Positions 60,726 through 64,000 of a stretch of DNA of 64,000 bases are shown piece by piece. The stretch is taken from assembly GCA_965207455.1 (NCBI GenBank), contig CBDBMJ010000001.1:1152001-1216000 (forward strand). The letters run 5' to 3'. The number at the start of each line of letters is the position of its first letter. Position 1 is the stretch's first letter. The translations under genes and the position numbers were made by a program. The notes under the pieces are model-generated. The model saw only the letters and a list, made by a program, of their open reading frames with translations, made no database searches and was not told where the DNA came from. The DNA is from Bdellovibrionota bacterium (GTDB lineage Bacteria > Bdellovibrionota > UBA1018 > CAIPTA01 > JAALKR01).

Positions 60726-61655
60726 TTACTGTGTACAGGGTCTACCACCAAATTGAGTCACACCAGGGCTGCAAATTAACTCAAGTGATAATGGTACTTT
60801 AAAAAACACACCCAGAGACCCCCCACCTCGTCCCTCTCCTGCTATATCTCTCCAGCCACGTACATTAACTTTTTTTAAGTTTGTAGCACCTAAAAACATA
60901 TGCACTCCAACCATATGCCAGGTCTCCAAAAGATTCCCACATTCTACTCTACAACGATCGACGAGGCTATCAGTATTAAAGTTAGATAAATCAACTTCAA
61001 CTACACCAGAATTCCTAAATATAGCACTTATAAATTCTAAACTAGAAGTGTCCATAGTGGACAGGTCGGGATGTGTTAATTTGAGACAACCCTGAAACAT
61101 TGATGATGCGTTGATCACATGAGAGGTGTCTGTAGAGCCAGATTTAAAATTAGTAAGTTTCTTACTGCCAGAAAATGCATTGTTTAAACTTTTCCAACCC
61201 ATTTTTCCAAGTTGTTCCACTTTAATGAGCTTACTTATATTCTGATAGTCCGCTGTATCGTTTATATAAGCTAAAGACGACCAAGCTTCTAGGGTTCCAG
61301 AGACTTTAATTGTATAATCTCCTGCTTGACCGTAAGTATGACTTGGAAAATAGAACGAATGATGATTCTCATTTATGATAACATGCTCATTAGTGCCATC
61401 ACCCCAGTCAACACTCATTGAATATTTATAGTGCTTAACTATGGGAAGGGTAACCGTAAGGTTTCCATTTCCATATCCCACCTTTCCAACACGCCAAACA
61501 GTTATAAAAGGCGCATTATGGTCTACACTTACTGATTCATACATGTTTTGATGCCTGGCACCGGCACTCAAAGGAACCGTTCCGCCAGCAAAAAGAATTA
61601 GTATCAGCGTTAATAACCCTAAGCTATTATTTTTTATTGTATTTTTCATATTCAT
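60726..61655 (-). CDS. Secreted surface protein with PKD-like domain and DUF285/BspA-like repeats
   Basis: Signal peptide, FITVW, VDWGDG, HTY...GDYTIKV, DTSHVINASSMF, DLSNFNT. Confidence 0.75.
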   Translation of the reverse strand: MNMKNTIKNNSLGLLTLILILFAGGTVPLSAGARHQNMYESVSVDHNAPFITVWRVGKVGYGNGNLTVTLPIVKHYKYSMSVDWGDGTNEHVIINENHHSFYFPSHTYGQAGDYTIKVSGTLEAWSSLAYINDTADYQNISKLIKVEQLGKMGWKSLNNAFSGSKKLTNFKSGSTDTSHVINASSMFQGCLKLTHPDLSTMDTSSLEFISAIFRNSGVVEVDLSNFNTDSLVDRCRVECGNLLETWHMVGVHMFLGATNLKKVNVRGWRDIAGEGRGGGSLGVFFKVPLSLELICSPGVTQFGGRPCTQ

Positions 61656-62346
61656 AATTAATTTCCTTTCTTCTAAGTTGTGTTGTGAAGAAATGCGCCG
61701 CACATCTATTTTGTGAAGCACTGAATCTTCCTTGTTTTGACTAGTAACATAAACAGGATTATGACACAAGTCAAGAACTTTTTTAAATTTCGATCCATGA
61801 ACTCAGGACAGATAGGTGTATATATACTTCCAAAATGAATTAATTCATAGCATCAAATCCATAAGAGGCCCTTACAAGTTACCCATCCCCTAATTCCTCA
61901 TCCATCATGAGTACCCCCCTTGGATTAGGGGGAAAATTCTCTGTTTTCGTAATAGGCAGGGGATTTTTTGTTTCATTCCTTAGCTATCAGAATCCATAAA
62001 AACTACCGATATAAAATGCTGGCGTACAAAGCCTACGGAAGGCTAAATCGTAAGCGGCTAGCAACATCAGACATAATGCGTTGCGCTGCTTTCTCTCTAT
62101 TTACAATACTTCGCGTTATTTTAATTTCCATTTCCATTGATGCGTCCTTCCTTAAACTGTTGAAAATAAAGAAGATTATACACCGTGGTGTGAAGTTTTA
62201 GTTTTGCAGAGGTGTGAAGTTTTAGTTTTGCGCCTACACAAAATGAAAAAGTATTGACACAAAGTAGAAGGACGGTTAATAGTGTCCTTACAAAAAAGAT
62301 GCGTGATGTATCTTTTGTGGAAATAAAATTAGAAAGGAAAATAATT

Positions 62347-62844
62347 ATGAAAAATATAATGATAGTAGGAAGTCTAGTAGTGGCTTTATGTTCAAATCTT
62401 GCTTTAGCAAATGAAGGACTTGAAGAATATGAACCTAAGGATGATTTCGTGTGCAATAGTATGACATTTCCTCAACCTGAAAAAGTTGTTGAATTTAGTA
62501 TAAAATATAAAAGTACTTTTTCAAATCCAGAAACAATGGAAGGAGAAAAAAAATCAAAATTTGGTGACGTAACAATTAATGGGGAAACGTATTCTAATTG
62601 TGAAATATATTGGTCAAAAAAACCTTGGGTGGAATTTATAAACCTAACTGCTTTTTATTGTAGAGGGACTGAAAAAAATATTTATTTTGAAACTCATCAA
62701 GCTATTCATAACAACTCATCAGCTCGTCTATATGTACTTTATCATCCTAATCCATCAACTAGAAGAACAGTTCGAAATGTTGGTTCGCTTTCACTAAGAG
62801 GTCGATTCAGTTATTGCGAGTACGCAGGGGTAGTTCTTTTCTAA
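62347..62844 (+). CDS. Secreted hypothetical protein, paralogue 1
   Basis: MKNIMIVG...ALA signal peptide; start moved to the ATG after GAAAGGA. Confidence 0.8.
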   Translation: MKNIMIVGSLVVALCSNLALANEGLEEYEPKDDFVCNSMTFPQPEKVVEFSIKYKSTFSNPETMEGEKKSKFGDVTINGETYSNCEIYWSKKPWVEFINLTAFYCRGTEKNIYFETHQAIHNNSSARLYVLYHPNPSTRRTVRNVGSLSLRGRFSYCEYAGVVLF

Positions 62845-63187
62845 CCAGAGAAAAACACAATTTTCATAAGCTCCGGAAATCGTCGTCTTCTTTTAAGTGA
62901 TAGAAGAATTAAAAAAAAGGGGGAGAGGAAAATCTTCCCTCAATGCGGCGTGCGTCATTTTCTCCGTTCCGCCACGACCGATCGCATTATTTCAAGCTTC
63001 TTTCCATTGCCGTACCCCTTTAAATTGTTAAAATTAAAGAAGATTACACACCGTGTTGTGATCTTTCCTTTTGCCCCTACAAAAATGAAAAAAGTATTGA
63101 CACGAGGTGGAAGGATGGTTAATAGTGTCCTTACAAAAAAGATGCGCAGTGTATCTTTTGTGGAAATAAAATTAGAAAGGAAAACAT

Positions 63188-63679
63188 ATGAAAAGTATAA
63201 AAAATATAATGATAGCAGGAAGTCTAGTAGTGGCTTTATATTCAAATTCTGCATTAGCAGATAGAGAGGTTCACGTTCAAGACGATTTCAAGTGCAATAG
63301 TATTTCATTTCCTTACCCTGAAGCAGTTATTAACTTTAGTGTGATATATAAAAGTACTTTTTCAAATCCAGAAACAAGGGAAGGAGAAAAAAAATCAAAA
63401 TTTGGTGAAGTAAAAATTGATGGGAACACATATTCTAATTGTGATCTACGTTGGTCAAAAAAACCTTGGGTGAAATCAGTAACCCTAGCTTCTTTTTATT
63501 GTAGAGGACATGAAGAAAATATTTATTTTACAACCTATCCAAGTAATGATGAAGGTCCATCAGCTCAGCTAAATGTACTTTATCATCCAAATAGCAATGA
63601 AGACCTTATAGGTCAACTTTTGCCAAAAGGTCACTACAATCATTGTAAATACTCTGGTCTTTACCGACCAGGAAGTTGA
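63188..63679 (+). CDS. Secreted hypothetical protein, paralogue 2
   Basis: Aligns with 62347-62844 (YKSTFSNPET, YSNC, WSKKPWV, FYCRG, VLYHPN; four shared Cys). Confidence 0.8.
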   Translation: MKSIKNIMIAGSLVVALYSNSALADREVHVQDDFKCNSISFPYPEAVINFSVIYKSTFSNPETREGEKKSKFGEVKIDGNTYSNCDLRWSKKPWVKSVTLASFYCRGHEENIYFTTYPSNDEGPSAQLNVLYHPNSNEDLIGQLLPKGHYNHCKYSGLYRPGS

Positions 63680-63756
63680 TATAGAAGAATTTAAAAACTG
63701 GTGAAGCATTCCTAACCTCTCCTAGATGCCTACTAACATATTGTTTTCTGATATTT

Positions 63757-63999
63757 TCATGTTGTCACCATAAGCAAGTACTCGTTTATTGGAGTTCTAA
63801 GTTTTTTAGCATACTCGCTGAGTTTACTAAGGCTGGGATTATGCTCTGTACTTTCAAAGGCGAACTTTAGAGCCTTGATGGCAGCTTCAAGGCTAAGTAG
63901 TCGAAAAGCATCTACGATTGTTTTTTCCAGATCGTAAATAGGAATTTTAATGTCCCCTACAGAAATACTTGATATCCCAATCTTATGGTTTCTTTGGCG
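63757..63999 (-). CDS. Type IV TA antitoxin AbiEi-like, C-terminal part (runs off right edge)
   Basis: Manual translation: IGISSISVGDIKIPIYDLEKTIVDAFR...LSEYAKKLR. Confidence 0.7.
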   Translation of the reverse strand, partial: RQRNHKIGISSISVGDIKIPIYDLEKTIVDAFRLLSLEAAIKALKFAFESTEHNPSLSKLSEYAKKLRTPINEYLLMVTT

Positions 64000-64000
64000 A

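Overview
Bacterial chromosomal window. Gene content and order look Bdellovibrionota/deltaproteobacterial (inference only). The core genes are comEC (partial), groES-groEL, comM, a histone-H1-like protein, sppA, lipA-E2-lpdA-lipB-sfsA, gdhA, trxB, epmA, purB, waaA/GT9, surE-lptD-accD, rsmI, ftsK, rpsB-tsf-pyrH-frr-uppS-cdsA-rseP-tsaB (no dxr), an M61 peptidase, an ABC peptide-binding lipoprotein, and two tRNAs (Arg-CCT, Val-GAC). Four accessory patches interrupt them. (i) A rhuM-family gene carries an in-frame 25-bp palindrome that is copied into the neighbouring intergenic region. (ii) An AT-rich 17.9-28.5 kb region holds a giant repeat-bearing S8 protease, a TPR gene, a family of secreted paralogues with a shared leader and terminator, epmA fragments, and an IS1634 element bracketed by a ~1.58-kb direct duplication. 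(iii) A defective IS3 element sits next to a duplicated tRNA-Arg 3' end. (iv) A DUF285/BspA-like surface protein, two secreted paralogues and an AbiEi antitoxin with a ruined toxin lie at the right edge. I saw no CRISPR array, rRNA, prophage or reverse transcriptase. Assembly artefacts cannot be excluded for the duplications.
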